DNA from: Candidatus Krumholzibacteriia bacterium | GTDB lineage: Bacteria; Krumholzibacteriota; Krumholzibacteriia; LZORAL124-64-63 | NCBI GenBank assembly: GCA_050174015.1 | Contig: JBFXKG010000007.1 | Location: 141,343-205,342 of the forward strand | Direction of reading: 5' to 3' | Length of the DNA: 64,000 nucleotides | Part shown: positions 48,129 through 58,500 of the stretch, piece after piece | Position numbering within the stretch: the stretch's first letter is position 1 | How the letters are laid out: each line of letters opens with the position of its first letter | The notes under the pieces: generated by a model | Database searches by the model: none | Told to the model about the DNA's origin: nothing | Seen by the model: the letters and a program-made list of their open reading frames with translations, nothing else | Position numbers and translations under genes: made by a program

Positions 48129-49580
48129 TCAGTTCCCTTGCGTCGGATTGTCCATGCGTCTGGAGACCGAGATAGTAACCATCCGGTCGGTATCAGGCAA
48201 CAGCCGGGTGCGCTCGGCGCGGGCCAGACCCACCACCCAGAGAACGCCCTCGGCGTCGGCCACCACCAGGACGGAGTCCCTGCGGTCGGCCGGCACCTTC
48301 TTCTCCTGAAGCAAGTCGCTCAGCTTCTTGGATCCCGCCAGGCCGAACGGCTGCAGCCGGTCGCCCGACCTGGGATTGCGGACCTGGAGAGGGCCGCGGA
48401 GGCAGCCGGCGGGGCAGGTCAGCCGCCATTCGTCAGGGCCGCGGGTCTCTCCGGGGCCCTCGGCGCGGCCCAGTTCGACGGGGTCGATTCCGCCGGGGCG
48501 GGTCGCCACCAAAATACGATAATCGGACGCGGGCCGCAGGGGGGCGGTTGCTCCCGGGACGGCCTCGAGGCCGATGCGGTCGAAATCCCGCCGGATCCTC
48601 CGCCCTCCCGGCAGGTCCAATCCCGTGCCGGACTGCCCCTTGCGCAGCCAGTCCAGGATGGCCTGGACGTGGACCTGCCCTGCGCCGTCAGGTTCACTAC
48701 CCCCGGCAGCGGGACCTTGTTCGGTGTCATGGAGCCAGCGGTGCACCACCCGCGCGGCCAGGACGGGGTCCAGGTCCAGCAGAGGGGGAACGTCGAGGCT
48801 TACCCCGTCCCCACCCCCGCCGATGCGGGCGAGCGTCTCTGCGGTGAGCCGATCCAGGAAGGCCAGATCCCGGCCGAGCAGGCCGACCGCCCTGGCGGGG
48901 TTGCGATGGCAGCCCAGGCCGAACAGATCGTCCACCAGGGGGATGAGTTCCCGCCGCATCCGGGCCCGCAGGTTGTCCCCGGTTTCGTTGCTCGCATCGA
49001 TCCGCCAGACCTGGCCCAGCGCTTCCAGCCCGGCCACGAGGTCGCGCCGCCCCATTTCCAGGAGCGGCCGGATGAGCCGGCCCTCTCGGGCCTGCATCCC
49101 CGTCAGGCCGGCGGGGCCGGTGCCGCGGAACAGGCGCATCAGGACGGTCTCGGCCTGGTCGTCGGCGTGATGGCCGGTGGCCACGGCGTGGAGGTGTTCG
49201 CTGCGGTCGAGGATCTCCGCGAAGAGACCCAGCCTCAGGTGCCGGCCGGCCTCTTCCAGGCCCAGTCCCCGGGACCGGGCGACCGGCCGGGGATCCCGCC
49301 GGTGTTCGTGCAGAGGAATGCCGAGATCGCCGCAGAGCCGGCGGCAGAATTCCCGGTCCCCGGCGGATTCTTCCCCCCGCAGGGCGTGGTCCAGGTGGAC
49401 GGCTTCCAGGGGATTCCCCCCGGCCCGGGCCCATTCCCGGGCGCCGAGCAGCAGGGCCACCGAATCGGATCCCCCCGAAAGGGCGACCAGCAGGCCGGCC
49501 CCGGGCCGGGACGGCTCGATCTGCGCCATCAATCCCTTGATGCGCCCGGCGATGTCGCGGAGGAAGAGGGACCCGTTCAC
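48129..49580 (-). CDS. tilS: tRNA(Ile)-lysidine synthase
   Basis: ALSGGSDS, HLDHALR, TGHHADDQAET, IRPLL, DASN, R..GDR..GSKKL. Confidence 0.93.
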   Translation of the reverse strand: MNGSLFLRDIAGRIKGLMAQIEPSRPGAGLLVALSGGSDSVALLLGAREWARAGGNPLEAVHLDHALRGEESAGDREFCRRLCGDLGIPLHEHRRDPRPVARSRGLGLEEAGRHLRLGLFAEILDRSEHLHAVATGHHADDQAETVLMRLFRGTGPAGLTGMQAREGRLIRPLLEMGRRDLVAGLEALGQVWRIDASNETGDNLRARMRRELIPLVDDLFGLGCHRNPARAVGLLGRDLAFLDRLTAETLARIGGGGDGVSLDVPPLLDLDPVLAARVVHRWLHDTEQGPAAGGSEPDGAGQVHVQAILDWLRKGQSGTGLDLPGGRRIRRDFDRIGLEAVPGATAPLRPASDYRILVATRPGGIDPVELGRAEGPGETRGPDEWRLTCPAGCLRGPLQVRNPRSGDRLQPFGLAGSKKLSDLLQEKKVPADRRDSVLVVADAEGVLWVVGLARAERTRLLPDTDRMVTISVSRRMDNPTQGN

Positions 49581-49666
49581 GATGCCTCCAAGGCGGCCAG
49601 GAGGGTCGGGGCTGGGGGTCTCCTCATGGGGGAGGCCCGGGAGCGGCGCATACCGGCAAAAAAAAA

Positions 49667-49743
49667 TGGTAGCGGCTCAGGGATTCGAACCCCGGACACA
49701 CGGATTATGATTCCGTTGCTCTAACCAACTGAGCTAAGCCGCC
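49667..49743 (-). tRNA. tRNA with CAT anticodon (probably elongator tRNA-Met), CCA encoded
   Basis: GGCGGCTTAGCTCAGTTGGTTAGAGCAACGGAATCATAATCCGTGTGTCCGGGGTTCGAATCCCTGAGCCGCTACCA forms a cloverleaf. Confidence 0.95.
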
Positions 49744-49817
49744 ACCATATATTCGGTTTTCGGACGGGACCCTGGGATCCCCGAAGCAAGGCCAGAATTT
49801 ATCCCATGAGGGTGTCC

Positions 49818-49846
49818 TTGTCAAGGCGGCCCGCTCCCCCTATGCT
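49818..49846 (+). promoter_or_regulatory. sigma70 promoter candidate giving a leaderless ilvC mRNA
   Basis: TTGTCA-N17-TATGCT, with ATG 6 nt downstream and no SD. Confidence 0.6.
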
Positions 49847-49852
49847 CCGGGT

Positions 49853-50926
49853 ATGAGCACCCGTTTCTTCCCCGGATATCCCCCTGGCGAGGGGTCCGTC
49901 ATCGAGCCCGAGGCCGTGGATCTGGGGCCCCTGGCGGGCCGCTGCGTCACGGTGATCGGCTACGGGACCATGGGGCGGGCCATGGCCCTGAACCTCCGCC
50001 GCAGCGGCGTCCGTGTCCTGGTCGGCGCCCGGGAGGGCTCCCCCCGCCGGGATCTGGCCCTCGCCGAGGGGCTCGAGGTGTCCGATCCCGCCCGGGCCAC
50101 CGCCCGGGGTGACGTGGTGATGCTCCTGCTCCCGGACGAGGCCATGGCGGGGGTCTTCGCCCGGGACATCGCCCCGCACCTGCAGCCGGACGCCGCGCTG
50201 GGGTTCGCCCACGGTTTCGCCGTCGCCTTCGGGCAGATCGATCCGGGTCCCGCCCGGGACTGCTTCCTGGCGGCCCCCAAGGGCCAGGGCGACATGCTGC
50301 TGGCCGCCCACGCCGCCGGCGGAGGTGTTCCGGGACTGCTGGCCGTGACCGGGACGTCCCGGCCTGAAACCTGGGATCTCGCCGCTGCGTACGCCAAGGC
50401 CGTCGGCTGCCTGGCCGGCGGGGGATTCGTGACCACCTTCCGGCAGGAGTGCGTGAGCGACCAGTTCGGCGAGCAGGTCGTCCTGTGCGGCGGTGTCCTC
50501 GAACTGCTCAAGGCGGCCTTCGCCGTCATGGTCGAGGCGGGTTACGGCGAACAGAACGCCTACTTCGAGTGTATCCACGAGTTGAAGCTGATCACCGACC
50601 TGGTGCACCGGCAGGGAATCGACGGGATGCGGGGGCGCATCAGCGGAACCGCCGCCTATGGCGGTCTGACGCGGGGCCCGCGTCTCATCGGCGACGAGGT
50701 GAGGCGGACCATGGTCGAGATCCTGGCCGAGATCGAGACCGGGGCCTTCGCCCGGGAATTCCTGGCCCGCCACGACGACCCGGTCGCGGGCACCCGGGCC
50801 CTGGCCGCCCGTGAAGCTGCCGGGCCCCTGGCCGTGACGGGCCGTTCGCTCCTGCACCGCCTGCACCGGGCCGCCGGCGCCGATGATGCGCCTGCGGCCG
50901 CCCCTGACCCCGAACCGAGGAAGTAG
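49853..50926 (+). CDS. ilvC: ketol-acid reductoisomerase (class I)
   Basis: VIGYGTMG..ALNLR.SG, LLPDE, FAHGF, APKG.G, SDQFGEQVVLCGG, AYFECIHELKLI, ISGTAAYG. Confidence 0.88.
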   Translation: MSTRFFPGYPPGEGSVIEPEAVDLGPLAGRCVTVIGYGTMGRAMALNLRRSGVRVLVGAREGSPRRDLALAEGLEVSDPARATARGDVVMLLLPDEAMAGVFARDIAPHLQPDAALGFAHGFAVAFGQIDPGPARDCFLAAPKGQGDMLLAAHAAGGGVPGLLAVTGTSRPETWDLAAAYAKAVGCLAGGGFVTTFRQECVSDQFGEQVVLCGGVLELLKAAFAVMVEAGYGEQNAYFECIHELKLITDLVHRQGIDGMRGRISGTAAYGGLTRGPRLIGDEVRRTMVEILAEIETGAFAREFLARHDDPVAGTRALAAREAAGPLAVTGRSLLHRLHRAAGADDAPAAAPDPEPRK

Positions 50927-50930
50927 ATCC

Positions 50931-51680
50931 ATGAACGACGAGTTCGCTCCCGACAGCCTGCCTTCGCCTGCGTCTCCGCCGGCCGGAGATACGTTCGCTT
51001 CCCGGCTGCGCGACCTGGTGGCCGCCCCGGCGCGCCTCATGGACCGGGTGGCCGTCGCCCCGCGGTGGTGGGTTCCCGGCCTGCTGGTCCTGGTGGTCAT
51101 CGCGGGGTTCACGTGGCTGATCACGCCCATCAGCGGCCCCGAGCAGCTGGAGATGATGCGGGATTCCAAGTTCATGCAGATGATGCCCGAGGACGTCTGG
51201 CAGGAGCAGTACGAGCAGGCCCTGGATCCCGACCCGGTCAAGCGGATCATCCAGGCGGTGGGGTCGGGGTTTTCGAGCTGGGTGATGATCCTGCTGTTCG
51301 GCTTCATCCTCGGATTCTTCGCCCGGATGGGCGGCGGCAAGGGCACCATGAAGCAGGCCCTGGGCGTGGTCTCCTGGGGGGCGGTGATCCCGTTCGCCAT
51401 CGGATCGGTGGTCAAGGTCCCCCTGATCCTGGCGACCGAATCCATGTACCAGGTCACCATCGGACTGGCCGCCCTCGTTCCCGGCCGGGATCCCTCTTCG
51501 GTGCTGGGCCAGGTCCTGATGACCTACGGGGATTTCTTCACCTGGTGGGGCCTGGCGGTCCTGGTCATCGGATTCCAGAAGGTCTTCAGCATGAGCCGGG
51601 GAGCGGCCGCGGTGGCGGTCCTGCTGCCCTGGGCGCTCGCCTCGGCCGTCCCGCTGGGAATCGGCCTGATGTTCATGTAA
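50931..51680 (+). CDS. Yip1-domain membrane protein (YknW-like)
   Basis: About 5 TM; AP...RW.VP N-terminal motif, GDFFTWW; first gene of the export operon. Confidence 0.7.
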   Translation: MNDEFAPDSLPSPASPPAGDTFASRLRDLVAAPARLMDRVAVAPRWWVPGLLVLVVIAGFTWLITPISGPEQLEMMRDSKFMQMMPEDVWQEQYEQALDPDPVKRIIQAVGSGFSSWVMILLFGFILGFFARMGGGKGTMKQALGVVSWGAVIPFAIGSVVKVPLILATESMYQVTIGLAALVPGRDPSSVLGQVLMTYGDFFTWWGLAVLVIGFQKVFSMSRGAAAVAVLLPWALASAVPLGIGLMFM

Positions 51681-51707
51681 GGGTCCTGCGGCAAGGGAGA
51701 TGACGGC

Positions 51708-53030
51708 GTGAAGAAAACCATCCTGATCGTCCTGGCCGTCCTCGTCGTGGGCGCGGTCATCGTGTCGATCCTGCGCTCGGGCGACAAGGCGGAGGCGAAG
51801 GTCGAGACGGGCAAGGTGGCCCGCAAGGACCTGACGGCCGAAGTCAACTGCTCCGGGACCATCGAACCCAAGCGGCAGGTCGACGTGAGCGCCAACGCCA
51901 TGGGCACCATCGTCCACCTGGCCGTGGACGAGGGCCAGCGCGTCGAGCAGGGCGACCTGCTGCTGGAGATCGACCCCGCGGCCTACCAGTCGGCCGTCCA
52001 GGCGCTGGAGGCGACCATCCGCGCCGCCCGGGCGGATCTGGACCTGGCCGAGGCGTCCCTCGCCAAGGCGATCCAGGACCGGGACCGCGCCGAGAAGCTC
52101 TTCGCCGAGGGCCTGACGACCGAGGAGAACCTCGCCGCCGCCCGGACCGCGGCGCACGTCGAGGAGGCGCGGGTGGATGCGGCCCGCAACCGCATCGGCC
52201 AGTACGAGGCCAACCTGGCCAGCGCCAAGCACGACCTGGAGAAGGTGACGCTCGCCGCCCCCATGACCGGCGTGGTCACGCGCCTGAACGTCGAGGAGGG
52301 CGAGAACGCCATCATGGGCACCCTCAACAATCCGGGCACCGTGCTGCTGGTGATCTCCGACCTGGGCACCATGGAGGCCTGGGTCGAGGTGGACGAGACC
52401 GAGGTGGTGGACGTGCGCCTGGGGCAGCACGCCGACGTGACCATCGACGCCTTCCCCGACAGCACCTTCACCGGGACGGTGACGGAGATCGGACACAGCC
52501 CCTTGCGCATCCGCACCGGGTCGAGCAGCGAGGCGGTCGAGTTCGAGGTCAAGATCACCCTGGATCGGGCCCCGGCGAACATCCGGCCGGGCCTGACCGC
52601 CAAGGCCGACATCAAGGTGGCCGAGCGCCGGGAGGTCCTGGCGGTCCCCCTGGGCGCCGTGACCGTCAGGGAGTGGCCGCTGAAGGACGAGGACATCCGC
52701 CGTTATTCCGGCCGCCGGGCGTCGAAGCAGGAGGCCGCCCTGGCGGACCTCGGCTTCAAGCCCCGGGGTGCCCGGCCGGACTCCGCGGCCGGCGGGGACC
52801 AGGACGTCGAGCGCAAGGAGACCGAGGGCGTGTTCCTGCTCGAGGACGGATTCGCCAAGTTCGTGCCCGTGACCCTGGGCATCGCCGGCGAGGACGACTT
52901 CGAGATCCTCGCGGGGCTCGAAGTCGGCCAGGAGGTCGTCACCGGGCCCTTCCGCGTCCTGCGCGAGCTGAAGGACGGCGCCCAGGTGGAGCGGGAAAAG
53001 AAGCAGCGGCAGGGCCGGTCGGAGGACTGA
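51708..53030 (+). CDS. MacA-like periplasmic adaptor (membrane fusion protein)
   Basis: N-terminal TM, SGTIEP, VDEGQRV.QGDLL, APMTGVV, VDETEV..V.LGQ, IRPGLTA. Confidence 0.9.
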   Translation: MKKTILIVLAVLVVGAVIVSILRSGDKAEAKVETGKVARKDLTAEVNCSGTIEPKRQVDVSANAMGTIVHLAVDEGQRVEQGDLLLEIDPAAYQSAVQALEATIRAARADLDLAEASLAKAIQDRDRAEKLFAEGLTTEENLAAARTAAHVEEARVDAARNRIGQYEANLASAKHDLEKVTLAAPMTGVVTRLNVEEGENAIMGTLNNPGTVLLVISDLGTMEAWVEVDETEVVDVRLGQHADVTIDAFPDSTFTGTVTEIGHSPLRIRTGSSSEAVEFEVKITLDRAPANIRPGLTAKADIKVAERREVLAVPLGAVTVREWPLKDEDIRRYSGRRASKQEAALADLGFKPRGARPDSAAGGDQDVERKETEGVFLLEDGFAKFVPVTLGIAGEDDFEILAGLEVGQEVVTGPFRVLRELKDGAQVEREKKQRQGRSED

Positions 53031-54259
53031 TGAACCTCTTCGAGGGCGTCCGCATCGCCCTGGGCAGCCTGCGCGGCCACAAGCTGCGCACGTTCCTGAC
53101 CCTTCTGGGCAACATCGTCGGCACCATGTCGGTGATCGCTGTGGTCTCGCTGATCTACGGCGCCGACCGCTACGTCTCCCAGGTGGTCCTGGACGAGGGC
53201 ACGGACGTCTTCACCGTCTCCCGCATCAACGAGTTGCAGTTCCTGACCGACTTCGACGCCTTCCTCGAGTCCCTGAACAATCCCGACCTGACCCTCGAGG
53301 ACCGCGACTACCTGCTCGGCCGCATGACCGAGGCCAGGACGGTCGCGGCCATGACCGCCACGAGCGCCGACCTGCGCAGCGAGGGCCGCACCTTCCGCGG
53401 GGTCCAGGTCAGGGGGGTGACCGAGGACGTGTCCCTGATCGAGGACCTGCCCCTGGAGCTGGGCAGGCACCTGATCCCCCAGGACCTCCAGGGCAGCCGC
53501 CAGGTGGTGGTCCTCGGTTTCGAAGTCGCCCGGGACCTGTTCCCCCGGCACGCCGATCCCCTCGGCAGGCAGGTCAGGATCGGCGGCCGCCACTTCACGG
53601 TGATCGGGGTGGTCGAGGACCGGGGCACCGTCGGCGGAGCCAACCGCAACCAGTTCGCCCTGGTGCCCTTGACCGCCTGGCAGAAGGTGTTCGGCTCGCG
53701 CGGTTCCCTGGACATCAAGGTCGCCGCCGCCGACCTGTCCCGGCTGCAGGAGGCCCAGGACGAGGCCACCTTCCTCATGCGCATCCGGCACCGGCTGCGG
53801 CCCCTCGAACGCACGGACTTCGTCGTCCGCACCAGCGACCAGATGCTCAACATCTGGAAGGGCATCAGCTCGGCCATCTACGGGGCCCTGGTGCCCCTGG
53901 TCGGGATCAGCCTGGTGGTCGGGGGCATCGTCCTGATGAACATCATGCTGGTGGCGGTCACCGAGCGGACGCGCGAGGTGGGGGTCCGCAAGGCCCTGGG
54001 CGCGCGGCGCCTGAGCATCCTCTGGCAATTCATGGTCGAGGCCATCACCCTGTCCCTGGTGGGCGGGGTGGCCGGCATCCTGATCGGCTTCCTGCTGGCC
54101 TGGGTCATCAGCCTGGCCTCGCCGCTGCCCTTCGCGATCGCGGCCTGGTCGGTGCTGCTGGGCCTGGGCACCACGTTCCTGATCGGCGCGGTGTTCGGCA
54201 CCTACCCGGCCTGGAAGGCCGCCGGCCTCGATCCCGTGGAGGCCCTGCGCTATGAGTGA
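53030..54259 (+). CDS. MacB/FtsX-like ABC transporter permease
   Basis: HKLRTFLTLLG, SLVVGGIVLMNIMLVAVTERTREVGVRKALGA, DPVEALRYE. Confidence 0.9.
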   Translation: MNLFEGVRIALGSLRGHKLRTFLTLLGNIVGTMSVIAVVSLIYGADRYVSQVVLDEGTDVFTVSRINELQFLTDFDAFLESLNNPDLTLEDRDYLLGRMTEARTVAAMTATSADLRSEGRTFRGVQVRGVTEDVSLIEDLPLELGRHLIPQDLQGSRQVVVLGFEVARDLFPRHADPLGRQVRIGGRHFTVIGVVEDRGTVGGANRNQFALVPLTAWQKVFGSRGSLDIKVAAADLSRLQEAQDEATFLMRIRHRLRPLERTDFVVRTSDQMLNIWKGISSAIYGALVPLVGISLVVGGIVLMNIMLVAVTERTREVGVRKALGARRLSILWQFMVEAITLSLVGGVAGILIGFLLAWVISLASPLPFAIAAWSVLLGLGTTFLIGAVFGTYPAWKAAGLDPVEALRYE

Positions 54260-55490
54260 GCGGCGGATCTTCTGGCAGGACGTGGTCCGGGAGGCCGGCC
54301 GCACCATCACCGGGCACAGGATGCGCAGTTCCCTGCTCATCCTGGGCGTCGCCATCGGGGTGACCACCCTGCTGGCCATCTACACCATCGTCACCGGCTT
54401 GAGCGGGCGCATCCGCGACGACGTGGTCTCGGCCAACCGGCCGTACATCTACGTCGCCCGCTTTACGGGCCTGGGGGGCGAGGACCCTGCGGAACTGCTC
54501 CGCCGTCCCCATCTGCTGCCCGACCTGATCGTCCCTCTGCAACAGACCGAAGGGGTGGACCTGGTGGACTACCAGGTCAGCAACAGCCAGGGCACCGTCC
54601 TGCGCTACGGCAAGGAGAAGACCAACTTCGTCCAGCCCTTCGGGTCGTCGCAGAACTTCCACTACATCTTCTCCATCCCCGTGGACGAGGGCCGGTTCTT
54701 CACGGCCCAGGAGGTGGCCGCCGGCTCGCGGGTCGTCGTCCTGGGCTACGGCCCGCGCAAGGATCTCTTCCCCCAGCTGGATCCGGTGGGCAAGACCCTG
54801 AACATCTACGGCAAGCCCTTCACCGTCGTGGGGACCATGGCGGCCAGGAACCACATCATCGGCGCCATGGGGGACAACTACGTGGCCATGCCCTGGACCA
54901 CCTTCGAGAAGGACTGTCTCCACGTGGGCATGGAGGACCGAAACATCGCCCTGGTGGCCCGCGAGGGGGCGGACGCCGACGAGGTCATCTCCAACGTCAC
55001 CGGCACCATGCGCCGCGAGCGCCGGTTGCGGCCCAGCGAGGGCAACGATTTCGACATCGTCTCTTCCGAGACCTACGGCGAACTGGTCGACAAGGTCACC
55101 GGCGGCATCGCGCTGGTCCTGGTCGTCCTGTCCTCCATCGGCCTGATGGTCGGGGGGATCGGGGTGATGAACATCATGCTCATCTCGGTGGCCGAACGGA
55201 CGCGGGAGATCGGGGTGCGCATGGCCGTCGGAGCCCGCCGCCGCGACGTCCTGCTCCAGGTCCTGATGGAGGCCGGCGCCCTGACCGGCATCGGGGGGCT
55301 GATCGGCATCCTGACGGGCTACCTCGCATCCTGGGGCATGACCCACCTGCTGCGCTTCCCCTTCTCGGTCTCGCCATCGGTGACCATCGGGGCCGCCCTG
55401 TTCTCGGTTTCCATCGGGGTGTTCTTCGGCCTGTATCCGGCCAACAAGGCCGCCAGGATGGATCCCATCGCCGCCCTCGGCCGGGAATGA
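54252..55490 (+). CDS. MacB/FtsX-like ABC transporter permease (second paralog)
   Basis: RSSLLILGVAIGV, VGGIGVMNIMLISVAERTREIG, YPANKAARMDPI. Confidence 0.9.
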   Translation: MSERRIFWQDVVREAGRTITGHRMRSSLLILGVAIGVTTLLAIYTIVTGLSGRIRDDVVSANRPYIYVARFTGLGGEDPAELLRRPHLLPDLIVPLQQTEGVDLVDYQVSNSQGTVLRYGKEKTNFVQPFGSSQNFHYIFSIPVDEGRFFTAQEVAAGSRVVVLGYGPRKDLFPQLDPVGKTLNIYGKPFTVVGTMAARNHIIGAMGDNYVAMPWTTFEKDCLHVGMEDRNIALVAREGADADEVISNVTGTMRRERRLRPSEGNDFDIVSSETYGELVDKVTGGIALVLVVLSSIGLMVGGIGVMNIMLISVAERTREIGVRMAVGARRRDVLLQVLMEAGALTGIGGLIGILTGYLASWGMTHLLRFPFSVSPSVTIGAALFSVSIGVFFGLYPANKAARMDPIAALGRE

Positions 55491-55508
55491 CCCCCGGATT
55501 TCCCCCAC

Positions 55509-55539
55509 AAAAAAGCCCCCGGGCCGGGGCCCGGGGGCT
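55509..55539 (-). terminator. rho-independent terminator for 55561-58866
   Basis: AGCCCCCGGGC-cggg-GCCCGGGGGCT with an A-tract on the left (U-tract on the minus strand). Confidence 0.75.
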
Positions 55540-55560
55540 CGTTCGACGCCTGGTTCCAGG

Positions 55561-58500
55561 CTACCGCGGCCACTCGGGCACGCGGCCCGGAGTGTAGGGT
55601 GCGCCCGCGGCCTCGAGCTGCCGCTCGAGGGCGGGGATGTCCTGCGTGACCAGGCCGCGCAGATCCTCCAGCACCGGTGCGAACTGGCGGCCGGCCACAG
55701 CAAGGCTGCGCCGCATGGTCTCGGTCGGGGCAGAGGTGATGTCCCTCAGGCCCCAGCGGATGCGGCCCACCCGCTCGGAGATGCCGGGGGGCGCGGGTTC
55801 GCTGCGGCTGGTGATGGTCCGGTCACCGGACATGACCACGCCGAGATCCTTCAATCTGGTCTCGAGGGCGTCGACCCCGTCGATCAAACCGCGCTCCAGC
55901 CCCGGCGTGTCCTGGATGGCCTGCCGGATGTGATCGAGGCGGTCCTGGGCGTCGCGGGCGATGCGGGCCGCGCCCTGGACGGCGCGGTACAGCTCGTTGG
56001 CCTCCTCCTGGAAGGCCGCCAGGGCGCCGTAGTCGTCCGCCAGCGTGGTGTTGTTGCCGAGCAGGGCGGTGTTGAAGGCCACCGGGCCGGCCAGCACGGA
56101 CTCCTCGCCGCGAATCCGCTTGCTGATGGTGGCGCTGTAGCGCCCGGGACCCGCGAGCGGACCGGCGGGCACTTCCTCCCAGGGGGTGGAGGGGCCGGAC
56201 CGCTTGAGATTCACCGGGCCGATGTCGGGCTTGCGCAGGTCCCAGGCCACCCGGTGCAGCCCGGCGCCGGTGGGTCCGGTGAAGCGCCGCACCACCGAGC
56301 CGGCCTCGTCCTTGATGGTGACGATGACCTCGGGGTCGTGCTCACGATCCTCGGCGCGCAGGTCGTCCCAGCCCGGGTAGTAGACGGGCTCCTCGGCCTC
56401 GACCTTCTTCTTCTCGGCTTCCTTGCGGATGTCCTTCAGGCTCTCCAGTCCCTCCTTCAGGCGGTAGGTGATCACCGCGCCGAAGGGCGGATTGGGGGCG
56501 GTGTAGAAGTTGTCGCCCTGGCTGCCCTTGCCGGCATCACCGATGGGGGTGCTGGGGATGTAGATCAAGGCGTCCTTGACCGGGAACAGCAGGGCGTCCT
56601 GCTCGAGGTCCGCGGGTTCGAGGCCGCGCAGGGGAGTGTAGTCGTCCAGGATGTAGAACCCGCGGCCGAAGGTGGCGACTACCAGGTCGTTTTCCCGGCG
56701 CTGGATCTCCAGGTCCCGGCAGGCGATGGGCGGCATCCCCGACTTCAGCTGGGTCCAGTTGACGCCCCCGTTGCGCGTGAAGAAGACGCCGTACTCGGTG
56801 CCGACGAAGACCAGTTCGGGATCGACGTGGTCCTGGGCGATGGAGTATACGGTGCCCTTGGCGGGCAGGTCTCCGGCGATGGATCGCCAGCTGCGGCCCC
56901 GGTCGGTGCTCTTCAGGACGTAGGGCTTGAAGTCGTCGCGCTTGTGGTTGTCGAAACTGGCGAAGACCACGTCGGGATCGAACCGGGAGGCCTCGACGTC
57001 GCTCACGTAACTGTTCTCCGGGACGTCCTTGAACTTGTCGATCCGGCGCCAGGCTCCGCCCTTCTCCTCGAGGACCTGGATCAGCCCGTCGTCGGTGCCG
57101 GCGAAGAGCAGGTCCTCCTTGACCGGGGATTCGCTCAGGGAGATGACGCTGCCCCAGAAGGACGTGGAGTTGTTCTTGGCCACCGCGTCGACGCTCCAGA
57201 CGCGGCCCATCACCTCGAGCCGGTTGCGGTCGATGCCGGCCGACAAATCGGGGCTGATCTTCGTCCAGCTGTGGCCCATGTCCTCGCTGCGATAGACGAA
57301 CTGGCAGGCGTAATAGAGGCGCTGGTGGTCGTGCGGGCTGATGATCACGGGCGAGTTCCAGTTCCACTTGAGCGCCTCGTCGGCCTCGGCGGCCGGCTGG
57401 ATGTCCAGGGTCTCGCCGCTCTTGCGGTCGAAGCGGTTGAGGTTCCCGTACTGCCACTGGCAGTAGACGATGTCCGGGTTTTCGGGATCCACGGCGGGCT
57501 TGAACCCGTCGCCCCCGAGCAGGAAGTACCACTCGCGGTTGCTCAGGCCGTGGGCGAAGGTGGTGCGCGACGGGCCACCGATGGTGTTGTTGTCCTGGGT
57601 CCCCCCGTAGACGTTGTAGAAGGGGGTGTCGTAGTCCACCGCGACCCGGTAGAACTGGGTCACCGGCAGGTTGGCCATGAATCGCCAGTTCTCGCCCTGG
57701 TCGAAGCTCTCGTAGACGCCGCCGTCGCAGCCGGCCAGCAGGTGCTTGTGATCGACGGGGTCGATCCACAGGGCGTGGTCGTCGACGTGCTTGCTGCGGA
57801 CGCTCAGCCGGCGCCAGGTCCGGCCGGCGTCCTCGGTCACCTGCAGGAAGGTGTCCATGGAATAGACCCGGTCGGGATCGAGGGGGTCGGCCACGATCTC
57901 GTTGTAGTACTGGGGGCTGCCGGCGACGTAATCGCTCATCTTGTCCCAGGAGGCCCCGCCGTCGAGGCTGCGGAAGAAACCGCCCTTGTCGTGGGCGGCC
58001 TCGACGATGGCGTAGACCGTGTCCGGCGCCCTGGGCGGAATGGCCAGGCCGATGCGGCCGATGTCGACGGAGGGCAGTCCGCCCTCGAGCTTCGTCCAGG
58101 AGGCACCCCCGTCGGTGGTCTTGTGGATGCCGGAGCCCGGCCCGCCGTTGATCAGGACCCACAGGTGGCGGCGGCGCTGGTAGCTCGCGGCGTAGATGGT
58201 GTCCGGGTCGCGGGGATCCATGACCAGGTCCACGACCCCGGTGTTCTCGTCGATGGCCAGGATGTTGGTCCAGGTCTCCCCGCCGTCGGCGGACTTGTAG
58301 ACCCCGCGGTCGCCGCCGGGGCCCCACAAGGGACCCATGGCCGCGACGTAGACGACGTTCTCGTCCTCGGGATGGACCAGGATCCGTCCGATGTGCATGG
58401 ACCGCTCCAGGCCCATGTTCTTCCAGCTCTTCCCCCCGTCGCTGGACTTGTAGACGCCGTCCCCGTAGGACACGCTGCGCTGGCTGTTGTTCTCCCCCGA

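Noticed and set aside
49600..49800. Prophage or island integration at the tRNA
   Set aside because: No integrase and no duplicated tRNA 3' end seen; flanks are housekeeping genes
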